A stretch of DNA of 64,000 bases from an uncultured delta proteobacterium (GTDB taxonomy: Bacteria > Desulfobacterota > Binatia > UBA9968), in the NCBI GenBank assembly GCA_963745835.1, contig CAVUZH010000013.1, positions 288,001 through 352,000 of the forward strand, in the 5' to 3' direction. Position 1 is the stretch's first letter. Each line of letters begins with the position of its first letter. The position numbers and the translations under genes were made by a program. The notes beneath the pieces were generated by a model that was not told where the DNA came from, did no database searches, and worked only from the letters and a program-made list of their open reading frames with translations. Shown one piece after another: positions 1-10,865 of this stretch.

Positions 1-1668
1 CACGTGGGCATCGGCAAGCTCGAGCTCTTCAGCCGGGACCATTAGCTTTGCTGCCGCGACGGCGATTACCTCTTGCCGCGCCGTTACCCCTGCTTCGTAG
101 GATGCGTTGCCGTAGACCCTGGTGGCGCGGCTGCCGCCGACACCGCCGTCGCTGGGCACGGTCGTGCTGTCGAGCTGGGCGAGCTCGATCTCGCCGGCCG
201 GCACACCGAGTTCCTGGCCGACGCATTCGACGATAACCGTCAGAACGCCGGCGCCTTGATCCACCACCGGCGAGGAGACTTTCACCTTGCCGTCTTCTTC
301 GATTTTGACGAAAACATTGCCTTCGCCGCCGCTCGGGCTCCACTCTGAAAAAGCCAGACCGCGGCCGACATTCTTCGGCCTGGGCCTGTTATAACCGGAC
401 AATTCGATGGCCCTCTCCAGTGCTTCCACACCTCTGATATGCGACACGTGGCCGCCGATCGGAGTTTCATCGCCGTCGTGCATCAAATTTTTGCGCTTGA
501 ATTCGGCCGGATCCATGCCGAGCTTGTGCGCAACGATATCCATCTGACTTTCGTTGGCGAAAAATCCCTGAGGGTCGCCCGGGGCGCGCATGTGCCCGCA
601 GGGAATTTTATTGGTGTAAACCATGCGTTCTTCGATCAAGCAGTTGGCAATCTTATAGGGACCGGCGCAAGTCGATGCGCCAATCAAATACCCTGCCGGC
701 TTCATCGATCCGTAAGCGCCGCTGTCGAATATGAAATCAAGATGATGAGCGACGATGGCGCCATCTTTTTTCACGCCGGTTTTGGCCCTGATGATCGCGG
801 CATGACGCGGATTACCGGCAGTAAGTTCTTCGCCGTAGTCCATCACCATCTTCACCGGTTGACCGCACTTGAGCGAAAGAAAATAGGCAACCGGTACATC
901 CATGAACCCGCCCTTGCCGCCAAAGTCCCCGCCGATATGCATCGGATGGAACACCAGCTTTTCCTTATCGATACCGATGCAATTGGACAGCTGATTGCGA
1001 ACCGCAAACGGTGTCTTGCTGCACGACCAAATCTTCGCGCCGCCACTTGGATCGGCACTGACCACGCAAGCATGGGGCTCGAGATAGGACTGATGAGTGA
1101 CTTGGGTTGTGAAGGTGTTTTCGACGATCACGTCCGCCTGCCTGAAACCGGCTTCGATATCGCCCTTGCCCCATTTCAGGTAAGCAAACACGTTGCTGAC
1201 CTTTTCCACCGGCACAGGAAGGCCTTTATACGAAAGCAGGTCGGGATGAAGAATCGGCGCATCTTCTTCTATTGCCGCGAGCGGATCGAGCAACGGTTCC
1301 ATTTCATCGTATTCAACTTCAATCAACTCGAGCGCCTGCTCCGCCGCGAGTCTGGTTTCAGCGGCGACCGCCGCAACTTTTTCGCCGATGAAGCGCACCA
1401 ATCCATCCGCGAGAACCGGGTTATCGTAGATGCACCTGCCGATTCTCAATCCAGTTACATCCTCTCCGGTAATCACCGTTTTGACGCCCGGCACCTGGCG
1501 CGCCTTTTCGGTGTGGATCTTGGTAATGCGACCGGACGAAATCGGGCTTCGCAAAACCTTGCCCCAAAGAATGTCCGGCAGCTTGACGTCGGCGCTGTAA
1601 AGCGCCCTTCCGGTAACCTTTAACTCACCCTCGATGCGCGGTGTTGGTCGCCCCACTACCTGGGTCAT
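1..1668 (-). CDS. Xanthine dehydrogenase family molybdopterin-binding subunit, 3' end runs off the left edge
   Basis: Translated by hand: ATG at 1668 behind a GGAGG RBS; MTQVVGRPTPRIEGELKVTGRALYSADVKLPDILWGKVLRSP, VRFIGEKVAAVAA, YTNKIPCGHMRAPGDPQ. Frame is open at the window edge. The + ORF 439..1623 is its antisense shadow. Confidence 0.9.
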   Translation of the reverse strand, partial: MTQVVGRPTPRIEGELKVTGRALYSADVKLPDILWGKVLRSPISSGRITKIHTEKARQVPGVKTVITGEDVTGLRIGRCIYDNPVLADGLVRFIGEKVAAVAAETRLAAEQALELIEVEYDEMEPLLDPLAAIEEDAPILHPDLLSYKGLPVPVEKVSNVFAYLKWGKGDIEAGFRQADVIVENTFTTQVTHQSYLEPHACVVSADPSGGAKIWSCSKTPFAVRNQLSNCIGIDKEKLVFHPMHIGGDFGGKGGFMDVPVAYFLSLKCGQPVKMVMDYGEELTAGNPRHAAIIRAKTGVKKDGAIVAHHLDFIFDSGAYGSMKPAGYLIGASTCAGPYKIANCLIEERMVYTNKIPCGHMRAPGDPQGFFANESQMDIVAHKLGMDPAEFKRKNLMHDGDETPIGGHVSHIRGVEALERAIELSGYNRPRPKNVGRGLAFSEWSPSGGEGNVFVKIEEDGKVKVSSPVVDQGAGVLTVIVECVGQELGVPAGEIELAQLDSTTVPSDGGVGGSRATRVYGNASYEAGVTARQEVIAVAAAKLMVPAEELELADAHV

Positions 1669-1954
1669 CTCCTACCTCCAAGAACTGTTCTTCAGAACAA
1701 CGGCTGCTTGATACGAGTCATTTCTAGGCTTGAATGTGTTCGGTTGTCCAGCGATAGCAGAGCGGTTATTTCGATGAGCACGCCGATCAGTGGAGATAAC
1801 TCCTTTGCAATCGACGCTGACGAAGTTTTGGCTGCAGCTTACCAAGGCCGATCGAGCGCTCAGACTATAATCAATAATCTTCTGCAGTATGCCCGCCGAG
1901 CATGATTGCTCGGCTAAAGGGCTTTCCAATGACGAGGAATCGCCGGAGCTGAAG

Positions 1955-2435
1955 CTAAGAATCAGGCAGGCGCTGGTACTTTCCTTTGAAAAAAAGCAGC
2001 GGCCGGCCGTCCGTCGCATTGGCGTTGACGATTTCGCCGACAACGATGGTATGATCACCGCCGTCGTAGCATTGAGTAATTTTGCACTCCACATAGCCGA
2101 GCGCGGCATCGAGAATCGCTGCCCCGTTCTGGCCGGAGTGCCACTGCAGGCCGGCAAACTTATCAATCCCCTTGGTCGCAAAACGACGCGACACCTCTTC
2201 CTGATCTTCGCTGAGAAAATTTACCGTGAAACCGTTCTGCAAGTTGAAGCACGCATAGCACTGCGCGCTTTTGTCAACGCTGATCAAGACCAGTGGTGGA
2301 TCTAAGTGATAGCGACATGAAAGCGTTGGCTGTGAGTCCGTTTGCATTTCCGTCTTTGTCTTGGGTCGTAATCACGGTAACGCCAGTGGCAAAATGGCCC
2401 ATGACGCGCCGGAGCTCTTGTGGTTCGATCGACAT
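1955..2435 (-). CDS. Flavin reductase family protein (HpaC/RutF-like), one-base frameshift near 2304
   Basis: MSIEPQELRRVMGHFATGVTVITT...GLTANAFMSLSL then shifts into DPPLVLISVDK...GGDHTIVVGEI. Confidence 0.85.
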
Positions 2436-2647
2436 ATTTGCTTTTTGGGAATTTTTTAACTGCTACCAGAGTCAACCTGATGCTGTCAATCAGGGTAGTA
2501 TAACCTGATTGCGGGCGGCGGACGCAGGTGGATGAGACCTCTAGTCGTCCAATTGCCAGCGGTTCGCAGAAAGCAACGCCATTCTTCTCATGTGCTAGAC
2601 GGTTCCTTACGGAACATGGTAAAGATGAAATTCAAAGGAGGTGCCCA

Positions 2648-3211
2648 ATGGCGGTACAAGAACGAAAAGCGGAGAGTTCGTTTGACAGATACATCGCCGA
2701 AGTTCGCGCCGTTTGGGGCGATGGCAAAGATCCCCAGCTGCCCCACCAGATAGCCGCGTTGATGGAAAAGTTGTTTGCCAGTACCAGCGCCGACGATCCT
2801 TGGATGGCGCAGATCATTCGAGAGGGCAAGCCCTCGCGCGAGCTCTATCGAGACACCGAGCACGGGTTCATCCAAATGGGCCATGTGCACCAACCCGGAC
2901 ATGGCAATACGCCGCACGACCATGGCCCATGCTGGGTTGTTTACGGGGCCTTCAGCGGTCTCACTGAAATCACTAAATACAAACGCACCGACGACGGTTC
3001 ACAACCAGGCAGAGCAATTCTTGAAAAAGATGAACTCCATCGGCTATCCCCTGGCACGGTCAAACCCTATCTGCCCGGCGAAATTCATTCAACCCATGCC
3101 GTCGAAGGACCTGGCGTGGTCTTTCGTTTTCTAAGCTATGATTTAGATAAGATCCACCGCAGCCGATATAACATGGAAAAAGAAACCATCATTCCTGTTC
3201 CTGCTAACTGA
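2648..3211 (+). CDS. Cysteine/thiol dioxygenase-like cupin (divergent)
   Basis: AAGGAGG RBS; PHDHGPCWVVYG and GEIHS motifs give a 3-His cupin site. Confidence 0.7.
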   Translation: MAVQERKAESSFDRYIAEVRAVWGDGKDPQLPHQIAALMEKLFASTSADDPWMAQIIREGKPSRELYRDTEHGFIQMGHVHQPGHGNTPHDHGPCWVVYGAFSGLTEITKYKRTDDGSQPGRAILEKDELHRLSPGTVKPYLPGEIHSTHAVEGPGVVFRFLSYDLDKIHRSRYNMEKETIIPVPAN

Positions 3212-3221
3212 CCGGCCGACC

Positions 3222-3935
3222 ATGAGCGCAGGTAATATCATTTTCGAGCAGATCCGGTCGAGCGGGTGCCTGTCCTATCTCCTATGCTGTCCTGAGAAAA
3301 AAAAGTGCGTCGTCATCGATCCGGAGCTCGACAAGGCCGAAGAGTACATCGAGCTGGCTAAATTTTTTTCCTCGGAACTGCTTTACGCGATAGATACCCA
3401 TACCCATGCCGATCATAACTCTGCGTGCAAGGTGCTGCGCGAGAAGCATGGCATCAAGGTGATCATGCACGAAGCCACCGATGCGCCCTACATCGACGTG
3501 GCGGTCAAAGATGGAGACGTCATTTCTTTCGGCAGCCAGTCGATCAAAGTGATATATACTCCCGGACACACTCAAGACGCCATGTGCCTTTTATGCCGCG
3601 ACCGTATTTTTACCGGTGATACGCTCCTCATCGGCGGCTGCGGCAGAACCGACTTACCCGGCGGCAGCGCCGAACAACAATATGAGAGCTTGCGCAAGCT
3701 GCGCGCTTTTGGCGATGAGATTCGGGTTTATCCCGGCCATGATTATCGCGAAGCGGTTTCAACTCTGGGCGATGAAAAGCAAAAAAACACGCGCATGCTA
3801 TTTCCGAGCAAAGAAGAGTTCGTGCAGTTCATGACCTCGCGCAAACCACCGTTGCCGCGAAAGATCGAAGGTGCTCTCGAATGGAATCGCACGCCGATTC
3901 AAGGCACGCAGAGAGGTATGGGCGAAGGGATTTAG
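3222..3935 (+). CDS. MBL-fold hydrolase, persulfide dioxygenase (ETHE1)/glyoxalase II-like
   Basis: THTHADH, TPGHT, FTGDTLLIGGCGRTD and YPGHDY motifs. Confidence 0.85.
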   Translation: MSAGNIIFEQIRSSGCLSYLLCCPEKKKCVVIDPELDKAEEYIELAKFFSSELLYAIDTHTHADHNSACKVLREKHGIKVIMHEATDAPYIDVAVKDGDVISFGSQSIKVIYTPGHTQDAMCLLCRDRIFTGDTLLIGGCGRTDLPGGSAEQQYESLRKLRAFGDEIRVYPGHDYREAVSTLGDEKQKNTRMLFPSKEEFVQFMTSRKPPLPRKIEGALEWNRTPIQGTQRGMGEGI

Positions 3936-4040
3936 CAGGCGTTGCGCTCGCCCGACTCGCTTCAACGTACTGAAGCGTACGTCTCAGCTCATCGAACTTC
4001 GCGCGTCTCGCCTCTGAGATCTTTTTGAGCAGCCTGCTAG
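3933..4040. mobile_element. MITE-like repeat, subfamily A, left end partly deleted
   Basis: Starts TAGCAGGC and ends TTTTTGAGCAGCCTGCTAG; core CTCGCTTCAACGTACTGAAGCGTACG..TCAGCTCATC is shared with 42291-42420. Confidence 0.7.
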
Positions 4041-4188
4041 TCTTTGGACGAGTCATCACAGCGTTTGAGAAATCATGAGCTGCGATCTTTCACTTCGCTC
4101 TAACAGCTGTCCCCATTCTCCCGGATTGCTTAGTGACTTCTGGTAATTTTAGCATCTCGTTGATTGATCTCTATTTTTGCAAAAGAAC

Positions 4189-6045
4189 ATGAACCGGTCC
4201 AGAAGCTGGTCAACAGCTGACGTCCTCGCCACGATTCGCCGCTACTGGGGATACTCCGAGCTACGACCGTTGCAGGAGGAAGCGATGCGGGCCGGTCTTG
4301 ATGGCCGCGATTCGCTGGTCGTCATGCCTACAGGAGGCGGCAAGTCGTTGTGCTATCAAGTTCCGGCCGAGCTTGCCCAACGCACCGATATTGTGGTCTC
4401 GCCGCTTATTTCCTTGATGAAGGATCAGGTCGATGGCCTGAGGGAGTGCGGCTATGCGGCGGCGGCACTCTACAGCGGCATGCCTCTGCACGCAGTCCAG
4501 GAAACCGAAGAGCAGGTCGCCGCCGGGCGCTACCGGCTGGTGTTTGTCGCGCCTGAACGGCTACTGACGGCGCGATTTCTCCACCTCATCGCGCCGCTCA
4601 AAGTTCGCGCCTTCGCCATCGATGAAGCGCACTGCATCAGCCAATGGGGTCACGACTTCCGGCCGGAATATCGCCAGCTGGCGGAGATCAAGACACGTTT
4701 TCCGCAGGCAAGCATTCACGCATACACCGCGACCGCCACGCAGCGCGTGCGCGCCGACATTATCGAGCAGCTTCGTCTCAGCAAGCCAGTGGTGCTGGTC
4801 GGCACTTTCGATCGTCCCAACCTGCTCTACCGGATCATTCCACGCATCGATGCACGGGCTCAGGTGCTCGAAGCGCTGCGGCGTCATCCCGGGCAAGCGG
4901 CCATCGTCTACTGCCTCAGCAGGAACGATACCGAATCGATGGCGGAGGCGCTAAAGGCCAACGGCTTGCGCGCAGCTTGTTACCACGCTGGTATGGAAGC
5001 GGACGCGCGGCGGCAAACCCAGGAGGCGTTTTCGTCAGAAACGTTGGACGTGGTCGCGGCAACGGTCGCCTTCGGAATGGGGATCGATCGTAGCGATGTC
5101 CGCTGCGTCATTCACGCCGCCATGCCGAAATCCATCGAGCACTATCAGCAGGAGACCGGCCGCGCCGGGCGCGACGGCTTGGAAGCGGAATGCGTTCTCC
5201 TATACTCGGCGGCCGACGTGCTCCGCTGGGAATCGCTGATCGAAAAGAGCGCTGCCGAATCCAACCCGGCGCCGGAGAGCATCGCCGCAGCGCGCGAGCT
5301 CCTCGCACAGATGCGCCGGTTGTGCACGGGTGTTCATTGCCGGCACCGAACGTTATCCGAATACTTCGGCCAAAATTATTCCAAAGCCCAATGCGGCGCC
5401 TGTGACGTCTGCTTCGACGAGGTCCAAGGTTTAACCGATGCGACGCTTACGGCACAGAAGATTTTATCCTGCATAGCTCGAGCAGGACAGCAATTCGGCG
5501 CCGAACACATTGTCGACGTGCTCCTGGGCGCCCAGACCGAACGGGTGCGACGCTGGGGTCATGACAAACTCACCACCTACTCTTTGATGAAGGGGACCGA
5601 CCGCAAGTCAGTCACCAACATGATTTATCAGCTTCTCGATGAGGGCCTGCTCGAACGAACTGGCGATAATCGGCCGGTTCTCAAACTCAACGACGCGTCG
5701 TGGGCGGTGCTACGCAGCCAGCGTACGGTTCAACTGCTGCAGCCAAAAACCAAAGCTCGTAAGAGCCGCTTTGAAGAAGAATCATGGAGTAATGTTGACA
5801 CTGATCTGTTCGAAAGTTTGCGGAGCTTGCGGCGCGAACTCGCCGCTGAGCGCGGTGTTCCGGCATATCTGCTATTCAGTGACGCAACGCTGCGCGACAT
5901 GGCGCTGGCAAAACCAGGATCAGCCGCTGCGCTCTTGAGCATCAGGGGAGTCGGCGAACGCAAACTGGCGGATCTAGGGGAGCGTTTTCTCGAAGTGATT
6001 GCGAAGCATGGTCGAGAAAACCGCTTGCCGCTGGATGTCAGTTGA
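4189..6045 (+). CDS. recQ: ATP-dependent DNA helicase RecQ
   Basis: MPTGGGKSLCYQ, DEAHCISQWGHDFRPEY, QETGRAGRDG, Zn-binding Cys, RQC and HRDC domains. Confidence 0.95.
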   Translation: MNRSRSWSTADVLATIRRYWGYSELRPLQEEAMRAGLDGRDSLVVMPTGGGKSLCYQVPAELAQRTDIVVSPLISLMKDQVDGLRECGYAAAALYSGMPLHAVQETEEQVAAGRYRLVFVAPERLLTARFLHLIAPLKVRAFAIDEAHCISQWGHDFRPEYRQLAEIKTRFPQASIHAYTATATQRVRADIIEQLRLSKPVVLVGTFDRPNLLYRIIPRIDARAQVLEALRRHPGQAAIVYCLSRNDTESMAEALKANGLRAACYHAGMEADARRQTQEAFSSETLDVVAATVAFGMGIDRSDVRCVIHAAMPKSIEHYQQETGRAGRDGLEAECVLLYSAADVLRWESLIEKSAAESNPAPESIAAARELLAQMRRLCTGVHCRHRTLSEYFGQNYSKAQCGACDVCFDEVQGLTDATLTAQKILSCIARAGQQFGAEHIVDVLLGAQTERVRRWGHDKLTTYSLMKGTDRKSVTNMIYQLLDEGLLERTGDNRPVLKLNDASWAVLRSQRTVQLLQPKTKARKSRFEEESWSNVDTDLFESLRSLRRELAAERGVPAYLLFSDATLRDMALAKPGSAAALLSIRGVGERKLADLGERFLEVIAKHGRENRLPLDVS

Positions 6046-6121
6046 GTTTCCGGAAACCAACGCGTGAACATGCCGCGGAAAAAGTGTCGCCTCATCCAGG
6101 CATTTTTGCGTCTTGCCGTGC

Positions 6122-6583
6122 CTAATCTTTTACTTGGACGATCATCTCAGTTTCCACCGGAGCATCGCCGCCAAGAGACGCCACGCCGATGGCTGCTCGA
6201 GCATGCCGGCCGCGCTCACCCCACAGCTTAACGTATAGATCGGACTCGCCGTTGATGACTTTAGGCATGTCCTTGAATCCGGGAGCAACGTTTACGTAGC
6301 CGGTGACCTTAACAATACGCTCGACGCGATCAAGATCGCCCAGTGCGACCTTGATAAACGCCAGGTGATTGAGGGCGCAGAATTGCGCCATCTCGTAGGC
6401 CTGCTCGACTGTAACGGCATCGCCGACTTTACCCGTGTACTTCCTTTTTCCGTTGACTGTGCCCGTATTGCCGCCCACAAACAGGATATTGCCGACCTGT
6501 ACACTCGCGATATAGTTTGCCACCGGCGTGGGTGGTGTCGGCACCTCAAAACCAAGTTCTTTTAGCTTTTTTTCAATTTCCAT
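6122..6583 (-). CDS. RidA/YjgF family protein
   Basis: PTPVANY, RIVKVTGYVN, INGESDL, GRHARAAIGVASL. Confidence 0.9.
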   Translation of the reverse strand: MEIEKKLKELGFEVPTPPTPVANYIASVQVGNILFVGGNTGTVNGKRKYTGKVGDAVTVEQAYEMAQFCALNHLAFIKVALGDLDRVERIVKVTGYVNVAPGFKDMPKVINGESDLYVKLWGERGRHARAAIGVASLGGDAPVETEMIVQVKD

Positions 6584-6635
6584 CCTTCCTCCTGTATCAA
6601 GTTAGTTGAGAATTTCCTTTGATTTCGTTAGCAAG

Positions 6636-7757
6636 CTAATCCAAATTTTGCATTTGCGCGTTCGCCCGTGGATTTCCTTGTTTTGGCACGAGCACAATAT
6701 TCTCCGGCGAGAAATGGGCGCAGATCGAATCTCCTCTCTGAAAAACAAACTTCGGCCCCGTCTTGGCCCGGATTGTCAAATCACCATCGCGGAGAACATA
6801 TTCTCGGTGGTCACCGAAATAGGCAGCCAAATCCACCTTCGCCGGCCAGGTATTTTCCGCAGGCAATTCTTGAAGTGTTCCCAGCTGAACATTTTCAGGC
6901 CGAATCAGCAGCAATGCCTGTGTCGCGTTGGCGACCCGTCGGTCGATGGTGATTGTCCGACCGTTCCCCAGCACTTTCAGTCGACACCCCTCAGCCTGCG
7001 ACTCTTCCACGACCGCCTCTAGTAAATTGGCCACGCCGATAAAATCGCTGACAAATTCCGATTGCGGATGTTCGTATATGTCCCACGGTGTACCGACCTG
7101 TTCGATGCGTCCTTCGTTCATGACGATGATTCGATCCGAAAGCACCATAGCCTCGGCTTGATCGTGAGTCACGTAAAGCGTCGCGATACGGAAGCGAGTT
7201 TGCATTTCCCGAAGTTCAAATCGCATTCGTTCCCGGAGCTTGGCGTCAAGATTACTAAGGGGCTCATCCATGAGAAGAATCGAAGGATTGCACGCCAACG
7301 CCCGAGCAATGGCCACGCGCTGCTGCTGGCCGCCGCTTAGCCGGCTGGCCATTCTAAGCCCGAGCTCCGGTAAGCCGACCATCATGAGAACTTCTTCAAC
7401 TTGTTTGCGGATTTGATCCGAGGGAAGCCGACGAACCTTTAAGGGAAATGCAATGTTTTCAAAAACCGACATGTGAGGCCAGATAGCGTAGGACTGGAAA
7501 ACCATCCCGAGTTTGCGTTTTTCCGGTGGCACAAATTTGCCCGCGGCGGGGTTACTTACGATTTGGTCAGCTAAAACAATCTCTCCTTCATCGTTCTCCT
7601 CCAGCCCCGCGATTAACCGCAACGTGGTCGTCTTGCCGCATCCACTTCCTCCCAGAAGTGTAACGAACTCGCCCTGCTCAACTTCGAAGCTTATACCCGC
7701 CACGGCACAAACGTTACCGAAGGATTTTCGTAGATTATTTACTTTGACCGTCGCCAT
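6636..7757 (-). CDS. ABC transporter ATP-binding protein (FbpC/PotA-like, TOBE domain)
   Basis: GGSGCGKTT, LSGGQQQR, LLMDEPLSNLD. Confidence 0.93.
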   Translation of the reverse strand: MATVKVNNLRKSFGNVCAVAGISFEVEQGEFVTLLGGSGCGKTTTLRLIAGLEENDEGEIVLADQIVSNPAAGKFVPPEKRKLGMVFQSYAIWPHMSVFENIAFPLKVRRLPSDQIRKQVEEVLMMVGLPELGLRMASRLSGGQQQRVAIARALACNPSILLMDEPLSNLDAKLRERMRFELREMQTRFRIATLYVTHDQAEAMVLSDRIIVMNEGRIEQVGTPWDIYEHPQSEFVSDFIGVANLLEAVVEESQAEGCRLKVLGNGRTITIDRRVANATQALLLIRPENVQLGTLQELPAENTWPAKVDLAAYFGDHREYVLRDGDLTIRAKTGPKFVFQRGDSICAHFSPENIVLVPKQGNPRANAQMQNLD

Positions 7758-7773
7758 AGCTTTACAAAGTTTT

Positions 7774-9504
7774 TTAGAGCCGACCGATTTCCGGAGGGAC
7801 TCTACCCTCGATCGCCTCCGGGCGCTCTTTCTCGATCAACAAAACTCGTTGAATAGCAGAAAAGCCCGTTAACACAGCCAACATGATAATCGCCAACACA
7901 CTGACAACCTGCGGCGGTTTTTCCGCCCAAAATTGCAGCAAGACGATGCTGAGCACTTCGGTGCCATATCCGTACAGCAGAATCGGCGTACTAAGATCGC
8001 GGATAGCGATGAAGACAAAGAAGATTGCGCCGGAGAGCATGCCGGGTCTGATCAAGCGCAGTACGACAGACCAAAGCGTTCGCAGCCAACTTGCGCCATG
8101 CACCCGAGCGCAATCCTCAAGTTCTTGGTGAACTTGCACCATCGTGCCACTGAGGGCACGGACGCCGAGCGGTAGCCCTTTGATGATATATGCGATGAAT
8201 AGAATCCAAAGCGACCCATAGAAGATCCACAGTCCGGGAATCGTGAGATATGCCCATAGCATACCGGTAGCCAGCACGATGCCCGGAAGCGTCCACGGTA
8301 GCCAGCTCAGCAGTTCGAGCCATCGTTTGCCCCAAAAATTCAGGCGAGTCGTCACGTAGGCGATAAGCACGGACAAGGTGACGCCGCCTACAGCCGCAAG
8401 GACCGCGAGTATGAGAGTGTTATAGAGCGCTCGCAAAACCATGTCATCTCGAAATGCTTGATAGTAGTGTTTGAGCGTGAAGCTCTCGAACGTGAGCACG
8501 CCGACGCTCGACTGGAGCGATGAAAGCAGAAGTTGGCCGATAGGCAAAACAACCGCAAGTACGATATACAGCGCTCCGAATATAAAAGCGGGCCATCTCC
8601 AGTGTTTTAGACGCACGAGCCTGGGATTGTAGCCTTTTCCGGTTATGGTGAAGTACTGGCGATCGCCTTGAATGCGCCATTGCACATAGACCATGGCGAA
8701 CGTCAGTAGCACAATAGTTATTCCGAGAGCCGTTGCGACGCCGTATCGCGCCGGCTCAAAAAAGGTTATGGCGCGGTAGATTTCATTCGTGAACACATAG
8801 ATTCCTGCGGGTGTGCCGATTAAGACAGGCACCTCAAATGCCTCGATGCCTTGAATGAACGACAAGATGAAAGCGCCGCCAATCGCCGGAGCGACAAGCG
8901 GAAGGGTCACTCGTACGAGCGTTTCCAAAGTGCCTGCGCCGCACGTACGCGCGCTTTCCTCGAGGGACGGGTCTAACGCTCGAAACGCTCCGTAAGTTAG
9001 GAGGAAGATGAACGCCGTGGACCCTAGCGCCATAACAAAAATCATCCCGGTATACGAGTAGAGGTTGAAAGGCGCCGATTCCAAACCGAACGCGCCCATG
9101 AACAGTTGATTGACGATGCCGCTATGGGGATTGAGCAGCATGAGATAAGCCAGAGCGTTGAAGATCGCCGGAATAAAGAACTGAACCGGTATGAGCACCT
9201 CCATAGTGCGGCGCAATGGAACATCGGTCCGAGTAACCAGCCATGCGAGAACAACTCCCCAAATGGTGGCTAGGGTGGTCTTCACAAACGACAGGAAGAA
9301 ACTATTGGCAATGACTTTATAGGTGTACGGCGAACTGAACGCATCGATATAGGCCGAGAGCGAAAGCCGGCCGGGCATCCCTGGAGGCGCCCCCCAGATG
9401 CTACCGACGAACAACATCAGAAAAGGCGGCAAGACTAGAAAGGCAACCAAGATCAATAGACCGGTAGCCAGTACGGTTCTCAGGCGAATCACGAAGTTTT
9501 TCAA
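7774..9504 (-). CDS. ABC transporter permease (FbpB-like, two BPD modules)
   Basis: About 12 TM segments; two EAA loops (LEESARTCGA, LEDCARVHGA). Confidence 0.9.
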   Translation of the reverse strand: MKNFVIRLRTVLATGLLILVAFLVLPPFLMLFVGSIWGAPPGMPGRLSLSAYIDAFSSPYTYKVIANSFFLSFVKTTLATIWGVVLAWLVTRTDVPLRRTMEVLIPVQFFIPAIFNALAYLMLLNPHSGIVNQLFMGAFGLESAPFNLYSYTGMIFVMALGSTAFIFLLTYGAFRALDPSLEESARTCGAGTLETLVRVTLPLVAPAIGGAFILSFIQGIEAFEVPVLIGTPAGIYVFTNEIYRAITFFEPARYGVATALGITIVLLTFAMVYVQWRIQGDRQYFTITGKGYNPRLVRLKHWRWPAFIFGALYIVLAVVLPIGQLLLSSLQSSVGVLTFESFTLKHYYQAFRDDMVLRALYNTLILAVLAAVGGVTLSVLIAYVTTRLNFWGKRWLELLSWLPWTLPGIVLATGMLWAYLTIPGLWIFYGSLWILFIAYIIKGLPLGVRALSGTMVQVHQELEDCARVHGASWLRTLWSVVLRLIRPGMLSGAIFFVFIAIRDLSTPILLYGYGTEVLSIVLLQFWAEKPPQVVSVLAIIMLAVLTGFSAIQRVLLIEKERPEAIEGRVPPEIGRL

Positions 9505-9570
9505 AAAGTACCGGCATCAACAGAATTCAAAAAACTACTCTGTTGATCACACGGTCCTGAGAATACCGAT

Positions 9571-10662
9571 TTAGCGGACGCCGTAAATGGCTTCGGACAA
9601 GCGATACAATTTGTCTCGTTCTTCTCGAGAGTCGGTGCCCGCGAAAGGGAGCAATCGGACCTTGTCAATTGACCATTCCTCGCGGGCCGCTTTCACGCCT
9701 GTCCTGGCGGGAGTAACATTCTGCGCGGCGGCAATGCGCTGAAACTCTTCCGAGAGCGTAAACTCCAGAAGCAACTTTGCGGCGTTTGGCCTGGGAGCAT
9801 TCTTTACCAAAGAAGTGGCCATAATGCTGTGCGTGGCTCCTTCAGGCAGGGGTAGCCATTTCACTGGAGAACCCGCATACTCCACTAAAGCTTCGGCATC
9901 CACCGGAAAGCCGATGGCAAATTCGCCTTGGGCAACGCGCGAAGCGATCTGTTGATAGGTTCCGGCGCCGAGAAACACCGGCTTGTTTTGAGCGAGCTTG
10001 CGGTGGAAATCTTCCCCGAGTTCCGGCTGAAGCAGTGTGCCGACAAATAGCGCGTGACCTGCGCCGGCGGAGCGCGGATCGTCCATCAGGATTGCGCCCT
10101 TCCATTTAGGATTAGCAAGATCCTTCCAAGACTTTGGCTCGTCTTTGGCGGAGACACGGTTCCGATTTATCAGTATCGATCTTAAGTTCACGTAATGCGG
10201 CGTAAACGGTAACTGCGGCGCGCCGATCATCTTCAAGATATCCGGATGCACGACCTTAAGGGACGGCGGCACCCATCGATCCAGAGCATCGGCACGGAAC
10301 ACATTGGGTAGTGTGATGTCAGCCCCCGCCTGAAGCAGGTCGGCGTTCTGCCTTTTGGTTCGGACTTCTGTTTGTACCCGCTCTCCGACTTCTCTGGCGC
10401 GACCCGTGAGAGCTTCGACTTTGATTCCATAGCGCTCTTCAAAAATAGGTTTTGCTTTATCGAGAATTTCCCGGAACGAGCTCGTTCCGTAAACAACCAC
10501 TTTGCCTTCCTTTTTGGCTGCAGCGATCACTGCATTCCAGTCCCTTTCCTGACCTTCGGCATTCAGCGGCGCGATACTAGCAACAAGAAGCACGGTTAAT
10601 GCCCCAGCACAACGAATTCGCTGAAGGCTTAATCTCACAATGGCACCCACGTTCGCATTCAT
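9571..10662 (-). CDS. ABC extracellular solute-binding protein (FbpA/AfuA-like)
   Basis: Signal peptide, AAKKEGKVVVY, PKSWKDLANPKWKG, APRPNAAKL. Confidence 0.9.
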   Translation of the reverse strand: MNANVGAIVRLSLQRIRCAGALTVLLVASIAPLNAEGQERDWNAVIAAAKKEGKVVVYGTSSFREILDKAKPIFEERYGIKVEALTGRAREVGERVQTEVRTKRQNADLLQAGADITLPNVFRADALDRWVPPSLKVVHPDILKMIGAPQLPFTPHYVNLRSILINRNRVSAKDEPKSWKDLANPKWKGAILMDDPRSAGAGHALFVGTLLQPELGEDFHRKLAQNKPVFLGAGTYQQIASRVAQGEFAIGFPVDAEALVEYAGSPVKWLPLPEGATHSIMATSLVKNAPRPNAAKLLLEFTLSEEFQRIAAAQNVTPARTGVKAAREEWSIDKVRLLPFAGTDSREERDKLYRLSEAIYGVR

Positions 10663-10865
10663 TTTGCTTATTTCCTCTCGACAAGTTTAACGGAGATTTA
10701 GGCGCGCTCACAAATATATGAATATGGTACAACCTTCAAATAGATTATCCACCGAAGCAAATTAACCTAAGAGCGTGAAATGGTGTAAGCCGAACGCGAA
10801 ACTGTGTCCATCGACACAGCCGGACTTTGTGATCTTTGCCCGCTTTGCGCGAAATTTTTTGATGT

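Noticed and set aside
439-1623. 394-aa plus-strand ORF
   Set aside because: Antisense shadow of the XDH-family gene on the minus strand.
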